This document shows, piece after piece, positions 13,541 to 27,200 of a stretch of DNA of 64,000 nt. The notes under the pieces were generated by a model. The model did not search any database, was not told where the DNA came from, and worked only from the letters and a program-made list of their open reading frames with translations. Origin of the DNA: Auanema rhodensis. Taxonomy: Eukaryota; Animalia; Nematoda. The stretch covers positions 13,454,001 through 13,518,000 of the forward strand of contig OZ059896.1 in the NCBI GenBank assembly GCA_964057225.1, written 5' to 3'. The translations under genes and the position numbers were made by a program. Within the stretch, counting starts at the first letter, position 1, and each line of letters starts with the position of its first letter.

Positions 13541-16500
13541 AAAAAGAGAAGGATAGTTAGAATATAAATTATACTGTAATTAGGTAGTTTTGATAATCAG
13601 ATAAAGAAAGACTTGGTAAGAAAGTGAGAAGGATTATGCTTAAGTAGACTTATCTAAGAAATCACAGAGGATAAACGTTTCAAAGAAGAAATATATACGA
13701 TATATACGAAAGATAGAAGAGATATTAGAAGAGAGAGTTGTAGATTACTAAGAGAAAAGATGAGGACAAAGTTTTGTATAAAGATATCAAGTTTGATACG
13801 ATAAGGTGAGAAAACACCTGTTCTTTTGCTGCGAAAGCTTATGCCAACGTGAAACAGATGTGAAAATACGTTAGAAAATTAATGTAAATCAGAAAAAGAT
13901 TGAAAGAGAAAGAGAAAGAGATAGGGTGAGAGAGAAGTGAATACATAGGAAGAACATAACATCGGATATGGAATGTTAAGGTGTGAAAATCACGCGACTG
14001 GGTCATGTCCATCTGTATCTGAGATTTAGTTAACTTCAGGGCTTATGATCATGTTTGTATATGTGAACAGGTGGTATGAATGTATTTACTAACTATATGT
14101 ATAGTAAATTAGTTTTTTTTGAAGAAGAAAAGAAATAATCTAATTACTATGGAGTTGTCATTTGAATGAAAGAAAGTTCGAGGTCATGTGTTTAGATTTA
14201 TAGAAAAAGGAAGAGAGCAACAAGAGATGAATTAACTATATGGTATTTATTATATTGAACGCATATAGTTAAAAGAAAATATTATTTTGATTGAAAGAAA
14301 TGTTTATGAATATTATTGTTGCTTTCAAAGGACTTTTTGAAATTGTCAGAAAAATGAAAAGAGGACGGACAGGACAGATGAATTGAAAAACATTTTGATA
14401 TTTTGGATGACAACATCGTCTTTTCTTAAGCAATCTTCAATTTCTATTCAACACTATATAGAATATTTTATTAAAAAAAGCGGTTATTCCTTTTGAAAAT
14501 AAAATAAAAGCTATTGTACAAACAATTTCTTTTTCTTTTTAGGTAAAAGTGGTATGGTTTATGTGGAGTGTGAAGTATGTGTCAGATCATCTTCAGTAGT
14601 TGAAGTACACAATGTAGTCGGCATTCATTCGAAGAAGAAGATCCGATAAAGTCACAAGTCAGTCAGAAAATAATCAAAAAACAGAAGCAATTTTGAATAA
14701 AAGGATTTGCGAAGTGTAAATCAGTTAAATAAACAATTTGTCGGATATGATAAAACAAAAATTGTAAGCCTTTTAAGTGCTTTCTATTCACTGTTACATA
14801 TAGAGCATATTAAGTGTGAGAGAGAAAAAATAAAAGAAAGAGATTGCCAAATAATTTTCTTTGTTTAAATTTTATCTGACAAATGAGATTAAATCATATA
14901 TTTATAATTTACTATCTATTATAATATATAATTTATACGATAAAGCGGTTAATTGAAAGAAATGTTAACAGAGATCTGACTTTAGACAGGCGTGACCTGA
15001 ATCATATTCATTTCAAAAAAAACAAAAAGTGTCTTATTACCAGAAAACTTGTCAAAAATTTTTAATAGAAATATGATATACAATCATAAAGATTTGAAGG
15101 GAAACTTCAAAAAAAACACCTGTTATTGATAATATTAAAGTTTTATCATCAAAATGTTTAGAAGACGTTGAAGTATGAAAAAATCAAAAGTTCAATATTT
15201 AGATAATAGAAATCATTCAAAACATAAGGATTACTCAATATAAACAGTCTAATTAGTCTGATGGTTACTTCAGAAGCCTTGGGTTATACCGGCGGAATGA
15301 CCACCGCATGACAATGATTGACATTTCCGTGCTAAACCTAAAGTACGATGAACAAGTCATCTAGGTCGAAAGAAAATAAATTCAAGAGGATATATCTAAT
15401 TTGGCTGGAAGGTGAAATAAAAGGGAAACACCTTTATGAGAGCCTGGAGATATTTAACGTCAAAATAGGCTGACAAGACAGACATTATAGTTTGACAACG
15501 CACAAATCCTACTAGACAACGAGTTCAGTATATCAACATGTCTTCGAGAGTAAAGAGAAGTAAGAGAAGAGAGGTAAATGATATAGATATGAGTCTAAAG
15601 CTAATAAAGAATGAAGAAAGATCAATATATAATAAGAAATAAGTAAGAGATTTGTAGTATTAAGAGAGAAATATTTAGAGTTTGATCAGTATAGTAATGG
15701 TATATGCTATATGTAAGATAATGTAAATGATCTTCATTAAACAATGTGCTCTTCAAATGACCCGTTAATCTATTTATTCAATAGATTAGGTTAAGTTAGT
15801 TATAATGAGCTAATTTTATAAATAATATAGTTTGTAATATGAATCTATTAGGGAAAATATAAGTAGAATAAGTAGGATGATTTACCATAGAAGGTAATGA
15901 TGACGATGAGATGGAAGTGAGACAACTCTTGTTTACTAGTAGTAGTAAGTGATTACGTCATATATACAAGATATTAAGGTAAATAAGATAGAAATCTTGA
16001 ATTATTCATTTAGTATATATTAGATATCGTTTAGTTATATCAAATATAATTATGAAATATAAGTAATAAAATTTAAGTTATGAGGTCATGCTCATAGCTA
16101 AAGGTTTCATTTTTCAAGTTATGAAATATGAAAGGCAACTATTTCCTATTAACTATTCGATTATACACAATACAATGTAGTAGGAAGGAAATTCTTTTGT
16201 TTTACAATGTTCAAACAAACCGCTACACGTGGAGCTTGATCATGCTCTTTAGCCAGAGGGAAATGAAACATCTCGGCATGGGCTAGCTCAAAACAGCTTG
16301 ATATGTGTTACAGGCTAGATTGCCAGTGGTTAAAGTTGATTAACAACAATAGTATATAGGAAGAATGGAGCCGAAAAGAAAATAAAAACAATAGAAAATC
16401 TTCTGATATGTATTTGTTAGCTTTCCATTAGGAAATTACAATATAATAAAGGTTATTGAGCACACGTGCTAACTATTGTCTTTGAATTTATTTAATAAAT

Positions 16501-17274
16501 ACCGATAATTTATAAATTTGATGAAGGGTTTTACTATTTATTATATATTAATTATATTTAAAACCTGTATATATAGTTTTAGGTAGATATTAGACAGATA
16601 TCATACATACATCTCTAGATATTAGTCCCGACTTAAGAAGATTTCAAGATAAGGTCAGATTTTTGAAATCAAATAACATATCCGCTCAGATGAAATTATG
16701 CGATAAGGATGTAGTTGGACGTGTTTTGAAGCAAGATACATCTGGCCATTCACACCTCACATCGACCTATGTTTACTACATGATTTCTTTGAAAACTCCC
16801 GACTTTAACTTACATATAGCATCATCATCATAAATCAGTTGTCGTCGGTTTATTTAGAAAAGTAAAAGAAGTATCTTTGATAATAAAATATTAAAAGCAG
16901 GTGTTAACTTATATATAGTATATATGTATTTGTAATATATATGTATGTAATTATGTCTTTGATTATATGTTAAATGAGGGAAAATAAACTTAAAAGTACT
17001 GTAAGTGAGTTTTATTCAAAAATTGACGATTTTTTTGATTTGTGATGTACTAAGATACTTTACCCCAAAAATCATAGCATTTATGGTATTAGTTAAAGGA
17101 TTAAATGATTTTAAAAGTTTAATAGACTAATTAGTAAAGAAATAAATGCTATAAGGATGAAACGAACTAATTATCTTATTAAAACTTAAGAATACTTTCT
17201 AATTAAAACAAGTATCACTTATACTATGCCAATGGGTAATATTGAGAGATTGATGTTTATACTTATATATAGAA

Positions 17275-17301
17275 ATATATATATATATATATATATATAT
17301 A
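17275..17301. repeat. (AT)n microsatellite
   Basis: Dinucleotide run. Confidence 0.9.
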
Positions 17302-17359
17302 CGTATTTTTATATTTAAAATATTAAATTTATATTATAAATATATAAATATAAATAATT

Positions 17360-17999
17360 TTATTCAACTTTCACTATAAGTATATGCATATTAAGAGATA
17401 TATCATTTATAGCACAAAATGTTGGTAGAATTGAAACTGTATCACCAGCATATCTTCAAAAAAAAAAGAATTTTATAAATAAAAATATAAATTATACCCA
17501 TTTACACGATGAAAGTTTGATACATTTATCAACCATTTCCCTGTATGTTGTTTGAAATATGGCATCAATATTTCCTTAATTATACATATAAATTAAGCTA
17601 ATTAAAACAAACAAAAGCAGTAGTTCTGTGAACGGCCCTTACCTCAAGATATTGCTGTAGCTCATCAACATTATTACGAATTGCGTCATTGGCTAATGCT
17701 TGTTCGACAGTCGTGCGAAGATATGAATTCTGGCAAAACCATACTGAAACAGAAAGTTTTTGGAAAATTTCTTCTCAAAATATAACAACTTATTGATTCA
17801 AAAATTTTTTATACAATGTATAATGTAATAGAAAATGAGTAAACCTTTTGGATCTGAATCATTTTGATGTTCAATTGGTACGGCTGTCACAAATAACACA
17901 AAACCAAAACTTAATATCCAATATAATCTATAAATATGAAAATAAAGTTTATAATTTAATAATTAAAATACAAAATTAAGAGAATATTACATACCTCAT
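17360..17999 (-). CDS. Small secreted protein, probable ground-like (hedgehog-related) domain; absent from the ORF track
   Basis: Five exons give MRLYWILSFGFVLFVTA (signal peptide)...WFCQNSYLRTTVEQAL...KWLINVSNF...TFCAINDISLNMHILIVKVE-stop. The C-x-N-x-x-L and late FC pattern resembles ground-like domains. Confidence 0.65.
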
Positions 18000-18696
18000 A
18001 TTAAAAAAATCGATAAGGATTGATTGTATAGATATTGTTATAGTCCTCTTATCAATATTCTTCCAAATTCAATAGTTTCAAAGATAACAATAGTTAAAAT
18101 ATAATTTTTCTTTATTTTAATTATTTCAACAAAAAAAAAGGAAAAAGAAAGATTTTAATTAGAAATCCAAAGTATCCAATTTAGTTTTAAAAACAAAAAT
18201 AATTAATACATCTCCCTCAAATAAATATACATAAATATGTAAAATGTTGAAGTTTTAAAATAATATTTAATTTTGAAAATATACAAAAAAATGTTTATTT
18301 TTATTATATAAACTAATAAAAATAATATTAATATATATATAATAATCCAAAACAAATTATGTTAATGCATAATCAGTATATATTTGGGATAGAATTAAGA
18401 TTATTCTATTTGGAATCTTGTTCATCTCCCCCACCCATTATTGCTATTTCTCTTTTAATTTGGATGAAGAAAATTAAAATTAACGATAAAGTAAATAGAA
18501 AAGAAGGATAATATGAGGATGATAAGCTTTTCTGAAGACATAATATCCATTTGTATTTGGAAGATTTTTGTTCGGACACACTGCTTTTCAATATCTTCAA
18601 CATGATGGTCACATTCGTATTCAAACCATGAACGCTTCACCCCTTTTTCATTTTTTTAAAGCATAAATCAAGTTATAAACTTTTATTTCAGAATTC

Positions 18697-21600
18697 ATGA
18701 GGGTTTACCTTTTTCAATTCTTCTCCTTGGTTATATTAGTGTCAGCTCAAGAAGATACAACTTCTTGGCCAGATGCTACAACGAATAGTTTCTTTTCAAC
18801 AACTGATATCGTTGATGCTTCTGGAGCAACATTTCTTTCATCAGATACAAATTCTTCAGGTGGAATCTTTAATGCTCAAGGTAATTACTTGTTCTATCTT
18901 AAAAATTGTTATTCATCCCTCATCTCCTTTAGGAAAAATCCGAATCAAAATTGGTCACATTGGAGCATTAAATGCATTGAGGAATGATGTTGTCATTTTG
19001 AATATATCACATAAATCTTTACGTGCAGAAGGACTATTTGATGATGATTTTGATATTGAGTAAGGTTTTTAGTTATGACTTAAGTTTCATGTATATCATA
19101 TGATAGAATTGTGTCGCAGAATGGTTGTGGTGAATCATATGAAGGAGTTGCAGTTGCAGCTGATATGTATCATCTACAGAAAGTTAAAGCTTTTATTGGA
19201 CCATACTGTAATGCAGGTATTTTTATGGATTTCATACTTTTGTTCAATCTTAAGATTATTTAACTGTTAGTTTTGTATATAAACAAATAAATTGTTCAGA
19301 AATGGATGCTGTAGCCAGAATGGCAGCTTTTTGGAACCTGCCTATCATCGGATATATGGCGTCGTCTAATGCTTTAGCAGATAAGAAGGCATATCCGACT
19401 TTAGCTAGAATATCGGTTTCCATTATAGAAATGAAAAATAATTTAAATTTGAAATTCTTTAGATGAGATCAACTAATTCTATTGCTGAAGCTACAGCAGC
19501 TCTTTTAAAACATTATGGATGGAATAAAGTAATATAGAATTATAATAATGATAATATGACAATCTTGTTTTCAGGTTGCTATAGTTACAAATACAGGAAC
19601 CTTAGCTTATGATCGTACTTCAGCATTCGAAGAAATATTTCATGCTAAAAAGATTACTGTAGTTAAAAAGGTTTCAAATTCAAAAAAGAATAAGATTTAA
19701 GAAATACTAATTTCTCAGATTATGTTTGATGAATTTGCTGATGCAAAGATAATGGTAAATTCAGGATTATTGAATGAATTAAAGAATACAGCTCGAGGTA
19801 TGATTCTTATAAAAACAAAAAAATTTTAAACAAATTTTTTGTTTTATAGTTATCATCTGTCTATTTTCAAATACACGTGAAATTTCACGTGAATTTTTAA
19901 CAGCAGCTAATAGTCAAGGAATGCAAGTTAATGAATATGCATATATACTTCCATGGTTACAAGTATTTGAAAACTTTTAAAATTTTATTAAAAAAAAACA
20001 ATTTTGATTAGGATGGACTTAAAGATGTAACACCATGGATTGGTACAGAAGGTGAAATGTTACAAAAAGTAAAAGATCAATATGCTAACGCAATTATTGT
20101 ATGTATAAGAATAATATTTTATATTCTCAATTTAACAAATTTCTTAATAGATTTTATTTATTTTTAGATTGATGATGTTAATAGTTTTGATAACACAATC
20201 ACAACACCATTCCTTGATAGAATCAAAGATGCTGGACTAACTGCGAAGGACGTTGACATAGTAAAATAGTATTAGATATATAAAATAATTTTTATAAACT
20301 ATTTTAGGCCAATATTTATGGTTATCTTTATTTATTTGATGCTTTAAAACTTTATGCTCTGGCTGCACGAAAAGTACTCAATGAAACTGGAAGACCTGAA
20401 AATCTTTTAAATGGAAAATTAATATGGAATAATATGAGAAGAATGACTTTTCAAGGTAATAAAACAAATATATGAGGGATTGTGAATAATTGAATAAATT
20501 ACAGGAATGTTGGCAGCTTCGGGAATCGCTTCTGGAATTGTTACTATGGATGATCGTTCTGAGCGAGCACCATTATACAGGGGATTTTTCGTAACACCTG
20601 GATCGGATACAGTAAGAAATTATATGAAATTTAAATTTAAAATATAATATTTTTAGGTTATGTCAATGGTTAATATGGAACCAACACTTATAGATAAATG
20701 TGATGGAGTCGAAAATAAGACAGGATGTTATGATATTGTAAATTAAACTTTAAAATTATTATATTATATGATATAATAATAATAATATAGATTGTAACTG
20801 ATCTGATGAGAGATTTCTGGCCTTCAGTTGATCGTCGAATGCCTAAGGATGAACCAGAATGCGGATTCCGAAATGAAAAATGCGATTATACCTTACCTAT
20901 TGTAGGAGGTGCATTAGTAGTATTAGCTATATTATTAGCTGCTGGAGCATTTTTAGCCCATCGAATATTGTTAGTTATTCGAAAATTATAATTAAGAAAT
21001 TATAAATGAAATAATTAGGGAGAAAAGAACTTTGAACAAATTGCCGTTCCGTATTTACCGTGATGATATTCAACTAATTGATGAAGAACAATTGAAGAGT
21101 ATGGTTGGTTTTATTATAAGAATTATATTGTTTTATATTATAATATTATAGTTATCACTTGGATCTACACGTACAAAACTCAGTAATATGAATTATGGAT
21201 CACGTAATCATGCAATTGTTGGAACAAATACTCATGCTATATATCATAAGTATTGAAATGATGATTATAAAAAATAAAAAAAAATAATTTCTAGATATAC
21301 ACAACGACGTCCAATTACATTTAATCGAGTAGATAAACAACTACTTGTTCTAGTATGATTATGATAATTCATATATATCTAAAGATATTTGTTACAGATG
21401 AAACAAGCTATCCATGATAATATAAATCCATTTTTGGGAATATGTTTTAATGAAAAAGAAGAAGTTCTTCTATTATGGAAATTCTGTTCACGGTTAATAT
21501 TTTAGATTATAGAATATCTGGATTTTATATTTTCAGTGGAACATTACAAGATATAATTTATAATGATAATATTGCTTTGGATAATAAATTTCATGGAGCA

Positions 21601-23695
21601 TTTATAAAAGATATTTTGGCTGGATTAGAATATTTACATTCGTCTCAAATTGGATATCATGGATCTTTAACACCATGGTCTTGTTTAATTGATCGTAATT
21701 GGATGGTTAAATTAACTGATTATGGTAATATTATAACAGAAATTTATCTAAACAATCTCTTATCTCATAGGTATTGCTGATCCACTTGAACGATGGGAGA
21801 AACAACAAGCTATATCACGTGATTTACTAAAAGGAGAAGATGATCGATCACAAGCTACTCAATCAACAAGTATAGAATACTTACAAAGATTATAATTAAT
21901 AATCATATTCAGGTCAATTATATGAAGCTCCGGAAATGTTGAAAAATCGAGAAAAGAATAGATCTCGAAGAGTTGATCAAGAATGGATGAAACAGACTAT
22001 GGTTTGAATCTTTAAATACTTTTCATTACAAAAATTTTCATTAAGGTTCGTAAAGCTATGGGAGATATTTATGCTTTTGGATTGATCATGTATGAAATTA
22101 TATTCCGTGCATTGCCCTTCCCTGAAGGAACAGATACCATGCGTACGGATAATTCTTCAAACGATTTATAAAAAAATTATATTTAGAGCTTGTGGAACAA
22201 ATCAAAGATGGAAGTAAAATAGTTAAACCATCAATCATGTCAAACAAAGTATAAAAAAGTTCAAAGAAATAATTTAATTATCAGATCGCTTTCAGGTTTT
22301 GAATATGGATTTAACTAATCTTATCAGTGATTGTTGGAATAGCACACCCGAAATGAGACCTTCATTAAGACGAATTAAGCTTAATGTTGAAAGCTATCTG
22401 AAAGTGTGAGTAGAAGGAATAATATTGATTTCTTATGAAGAAATGTTTAGAAAAGGTTCTTTGGTTGATCAAATGATGAGAATGATGGAGCAATACGCTA
22501 ATAATCTTGAGAAATTGGTACAAGAAAGAACTGGTATGCTTGAAGAAGCTAATGTTCGTGCGGATAGGCTGTTGGCTCAATTACTACCATCGTAATCTTA
22601 TCAAGAATTAGAATATATTCATCTTTTTGATTTCTAGATATGTTGCAAACGAATTGAAAAATGGACGACCTGTTCCTCCTAAGATGCATAGCTCTGCTAC
22701 AATTCTATTCAGGTATTGAAAAAAGAAAGAAGAGAAAAGAAACAAAAATTAAATTAAAGTGATATTGTTGGCTTTGCGGATATGTGTCGTGATGCAAGTC
22801 CCCTTGAAGTTGTAGCAGTGTTGAATGGAGTCTTTGATGGTTTTGATCAGTTTATCGCAAGAAGACAAGCTTACAAAGTTTAATAAGAGATATTTTAAAT
22901 TAAATTTTTCGATTTCTTAGGTTGAAACTATTGGTGATGCTTATATGGTTGTCTCTGGAGTACCTGAAGAAAATGGTCACCGTCACATAAATGAAATTGC
23001 TTGTATTGCTATTGATGTTCACAAAGTAAGACAAAAACAATTATATTTTAATTATTATCCTTTAAAATTCCAGTTCTTGAAAGATTTCGAAGTACCTCAT
23101 CGAAAAGATATACGCATCTCATGTCGTCTTGGATTCCATTCAGGTCCGGTGGCTGCTGCAGTTGTTGGATTAAACGCCCCACGCTTCTGTCTATTTGGAG
23201 ATACAGTATAATAAACGTGTAATTTCCAAATTATACAATTATAATAATTGAAGGTTAATATGTCATCTCGTATGGAAAGTAATGGAGAACCTGGCAAAAC
23301 ACAAATCAGTGAATTTTCAAATAATCTCCTACTTAAGGAATATCCTGAATATAGTACAGAGTTCCGTGGAGAAATACCTATTAAGGTTCAAAATTAAAAT
23401 AAATTATTATGTTATAAATCAATTTAAGGGCAAAGGTATGTGTAAGACATATTGGCTAATTGGAACACATGTTGAGAATAACTTGAACTATTGTGCTCCA
23501 ACACAGAAGGTAAAATATAAATACTATATATATATATACAAAAAACAAGTTTAATTTCAGGATAAGAGTAACTTCAGTAATCTTCTTGGATCCAATCAAT
23601 CTCAATCTGCTATGCCTCAGTTCAATATGCCGAAAGCTCCAAGTAGCAACCCATCAAACGCCCCTAGCATAAATCAGAGTATGTTATCTCGTTGA
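18697..23695 (+). CDS. gcy-8: Receptor guanylyl cyclase, AFD thermosensory clade, gcy-8-like
   Basis: Signal peptide, S/T-rich extension, [15 protein letters not shown]...[46 protein letters not shown] helix (about 20890-20960), kinase-homology domain ([23 protein letters not shown]) and cyclase domain ([32 protein letters not shown]). 31 introns. Confidence 0.8.
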
Positions 23696-24272
23696 GGATT
23701 ACAAAATAAATATTTAAATGTTCTATTTCATACTATATGTATTTTATTTTATAATTACTGTAGAATTATTATTTTATTATAATAAAAATATTTTTTATTT
23801 GATTTCTATTGTTATTGATACAAATGCAACCGCTTAAACCTTAATTAGGTTAAAAAATAAAAATTTAAAAACATATAAAATTAAAAAATATCATAAAACA
23901 TAAAAAAAACTATACGCGTTAAATATGCTAATTTTAATTTATGTTTATGTTTATCGTTTATCGATTTGTTAAAAAAATAATAAAGATAATCTTTAAATAT
24001 AATAAACATAGTAATACAATAATAATAATAATAGGAGGAGGAGGAGGAAGATAGTAATTTTCAATATAATAAAATGTATAAAATATAATAAATATTTTTA
24101 ATCTATCAAAGTGGTATTAAATTTTTGATCTGAAATCCTCTTACAGTATATATAAATTATCTGGACTATAATCCCAAGTTAATCAAAGATAAATAGATAA
24201 ACATCTTTTAACCATTAAATATATTATAATTTTTTTTCACATAATATTCATTCAGTATCAAGTTGAGCTAAC

Positions 24273-27200
24273 ATGATACTGCTCCTACTTTTCCTCTTTC
24301 TACTGGCCATACAGTCAGATCATGCAGTTAAGGTATTTATTTATTATATATTATGCATTCTTGAATACTATTTAGGTTAAATTGGGCCACATAGGAGCTA
24401 TTGGATATATGAAAAATAGTGAAAAAATATTGGAATTATCTCGTAAAGAACTATTGAAAGATGGTATTCTTGATGATGATTTTGATGTTGAGTAAGTATA
24501 AATTAAATTTTTTAAAACTCAAAAAAGTTTAAATTGTTATTTTACATTTTAATGTTTAGGATATTCAATCAAATGGGTTGCGGAGATGCATTTGAAGGAG
24601 TAGCAGTTGCAGCTGATATGTATCATCTTCAAGGTATTAAAGCGTTCATTGGACCATACTGTAATGCAGGTACTTTAATACAATTGTTTTTAATTTCTTG
24701 TAAATCAAACATGAAATAGAGCTGGATGCTGTAGCTAAAATGGCAACTTTTTGGAATATTCCCATTATTGGATATATGGCTTCATCAAACATTTTTGCTG
24801 ATAAAACAATTTATAAAACATTAGCTCGTGTATCTCTTCGAACAACGAATTCATTAGCTGAAGCTGTAGCTGCATATGTTAAACATAATAATTGGAAAAA
24901 AGTAAGTTTACCTTTTCCATTCATATAAAATAATATAAAAAGAGATTTAAAATTAAAATTAGATTAATGAAGATTGAAAACTAAATCAGGTGATTAGAAG
25001 ATTATTATAAAGCATACTGTAATATACACCATATCATTAAGATTATAGACTTATACTTCTCCACTAAATTTTTTTCCTTTGAATTAGGTCGGTATTGCTA
25101 CAAATGCTGGAATAACAGCTTTTGAACGATTAACAGCATTTGAAGATGTTTTGCATAAACGGGGACTTCAAATGGCGAAGAAGGTTCTAAGAACTAGCTT
25201 ATATGCTTTTATACAAGATTTTAAGGTTCTATTCGATGAATATGCTACTTCCAAATCGATGATAGCTTCAGGGCTTTTGAATGAGTTGTTTGATAGTGCA
25301 CGAAGTTCGATTCGATCCATAATGCGACATGCAAACAAAGTTTTATAGTAATCATCTGTATATTCTCATCGACCAGGGATATGACGAAAGAATTCATGAA
25401 AGCAGTACAAGAAACTCAAAACACAAATCATGAATTTGTGTTTTTAATTCCATGGTTACAGGTATTTATAAAACAAATAACCATATCCATCAATCATAAC
25501 AAAATTAAAATTAAGACAGAGAAGAAAGATAAAAGTCCATGGATTGATGATAATGGTCAGGTTGAGCAGGATGTGAAAGATATGTTTGCAAATTCTATTA
25601 TAGTAAGAACATATGAACATAATTCTTTATAGACTCTTGTTATAGATTGATGATGTGAATGGCTTTGATGATACATTAGTAACACCATTTAAAGAAAAAA
25701 TTGAATCGAATGGAATGTCTGCAGATGATTTAGATATGGTATAATAATTAAAAACTAAAAATTATACCAATTATGCGTATGATTAAGGCTAATATATACG
25801 GTTATGTTCATCTATATGATGCCCTGCGTTTATATGCTATTTCTGTTAGAAGAGCTATGAATGATACAGGAAATATGGAAATATATAAAGATGGATTAGC
25901 AGTTTGGAATCAAATGAGACGAATGAGTTTTCCAGGTTTTAAGTGTTCTTCATAATTTCCATAAACTTAAGAACTTGAATCTGCAGGTCTTGTGTCATTT
26001 GGTGGCGTTGATTCAGGTATTGTTCAAATGGATGATATAGCTGAAAGAGCTCCCCAATATTCTGGTATTTTTATCATTCGAATTCTGAATAAAAATTTAA
26101 TTTTCAGCTTTCTATGTAGCTCCAAATAGTGAAAATGTTAAAAAAATAAATGATATTGAACCTAAATTGATTGCTAATTGCGATGGACTGAAAACGGGAA
26201 GTGGCTGTTTTGATTTAGTATGGTTTTCATGAATAATACTGAAACTTTGAAATTTGTTTTTCAGCAAATTACAGATTATATCACCGGATTTTGGCCATCT
26301 ATTGATGGTAGAATGCCTTTAGATGAGCCAATATGTGGATATAGGTTGCGCATAATACAAACCAAATTGTAAAGTTATATTTTTAAGAAACGAACGTTGT
26401 GATTACACTCTTATCATTATCGGAGGTTGTCTTTTGGGTGGATTACTATGTTCGCTAGTTGGAGCATTTTTCCTTCATCGTTTCTGGTATAACGATTCCA
26501 ATATAAAATTAAATAAAACGATATTTGTAGTGAAAATCGATCATTAGCTAAAACAGCTTGGAGAATATATCATGATGATTTTAGAACTATTACGGAAGAT
26601 GAGATTAAGTCAATGGTACAACATATAGAACATTTCTCATAATATCAATTCATTTTTCAGCTTTCAATTGGATCTACAAGAACAAAAATGTCCAATATGA
26701 GTTCATTTGCAAAGGTTTTTATATTTTTTACTTTGAACAGCTTTAAAATTCTTCTTGTTTTTTTAGCATCATGCTATATTGGGTACAAACACTCATGTAT
26801 CATTTCATCTGTATCCACAACGACGACCAATTTCATTTAATCGTATGGACTTACAGTTATTGAGTCAAGTAAAATATAAAATTTCTGTTTAAATCTAAAG
26901 ATATTTGTTACAGATGAAACAAGCTATTCATGATAATATAAATCCTTTTCTTGGAATGGCTTTCAATGAGAGGGAAGAAATGGTGTTATTATGGAAATTC
27001 TGTTCTCGCGGTACTCTTCAGGTAAAGTAAAGCAGAAACTATTAAATTATACTTTTGATTTTAGGATATAATTTATAATGAAGAAGTTACTCTAGATAAT
27101 AAATTCCATGGAGCTTTTGTACGAGATATAAGTCTCGGATTAGAATATTTACATTCGTCTCAAATTGGATATCATGGATCTTTAACACCATGGTCTTGTT

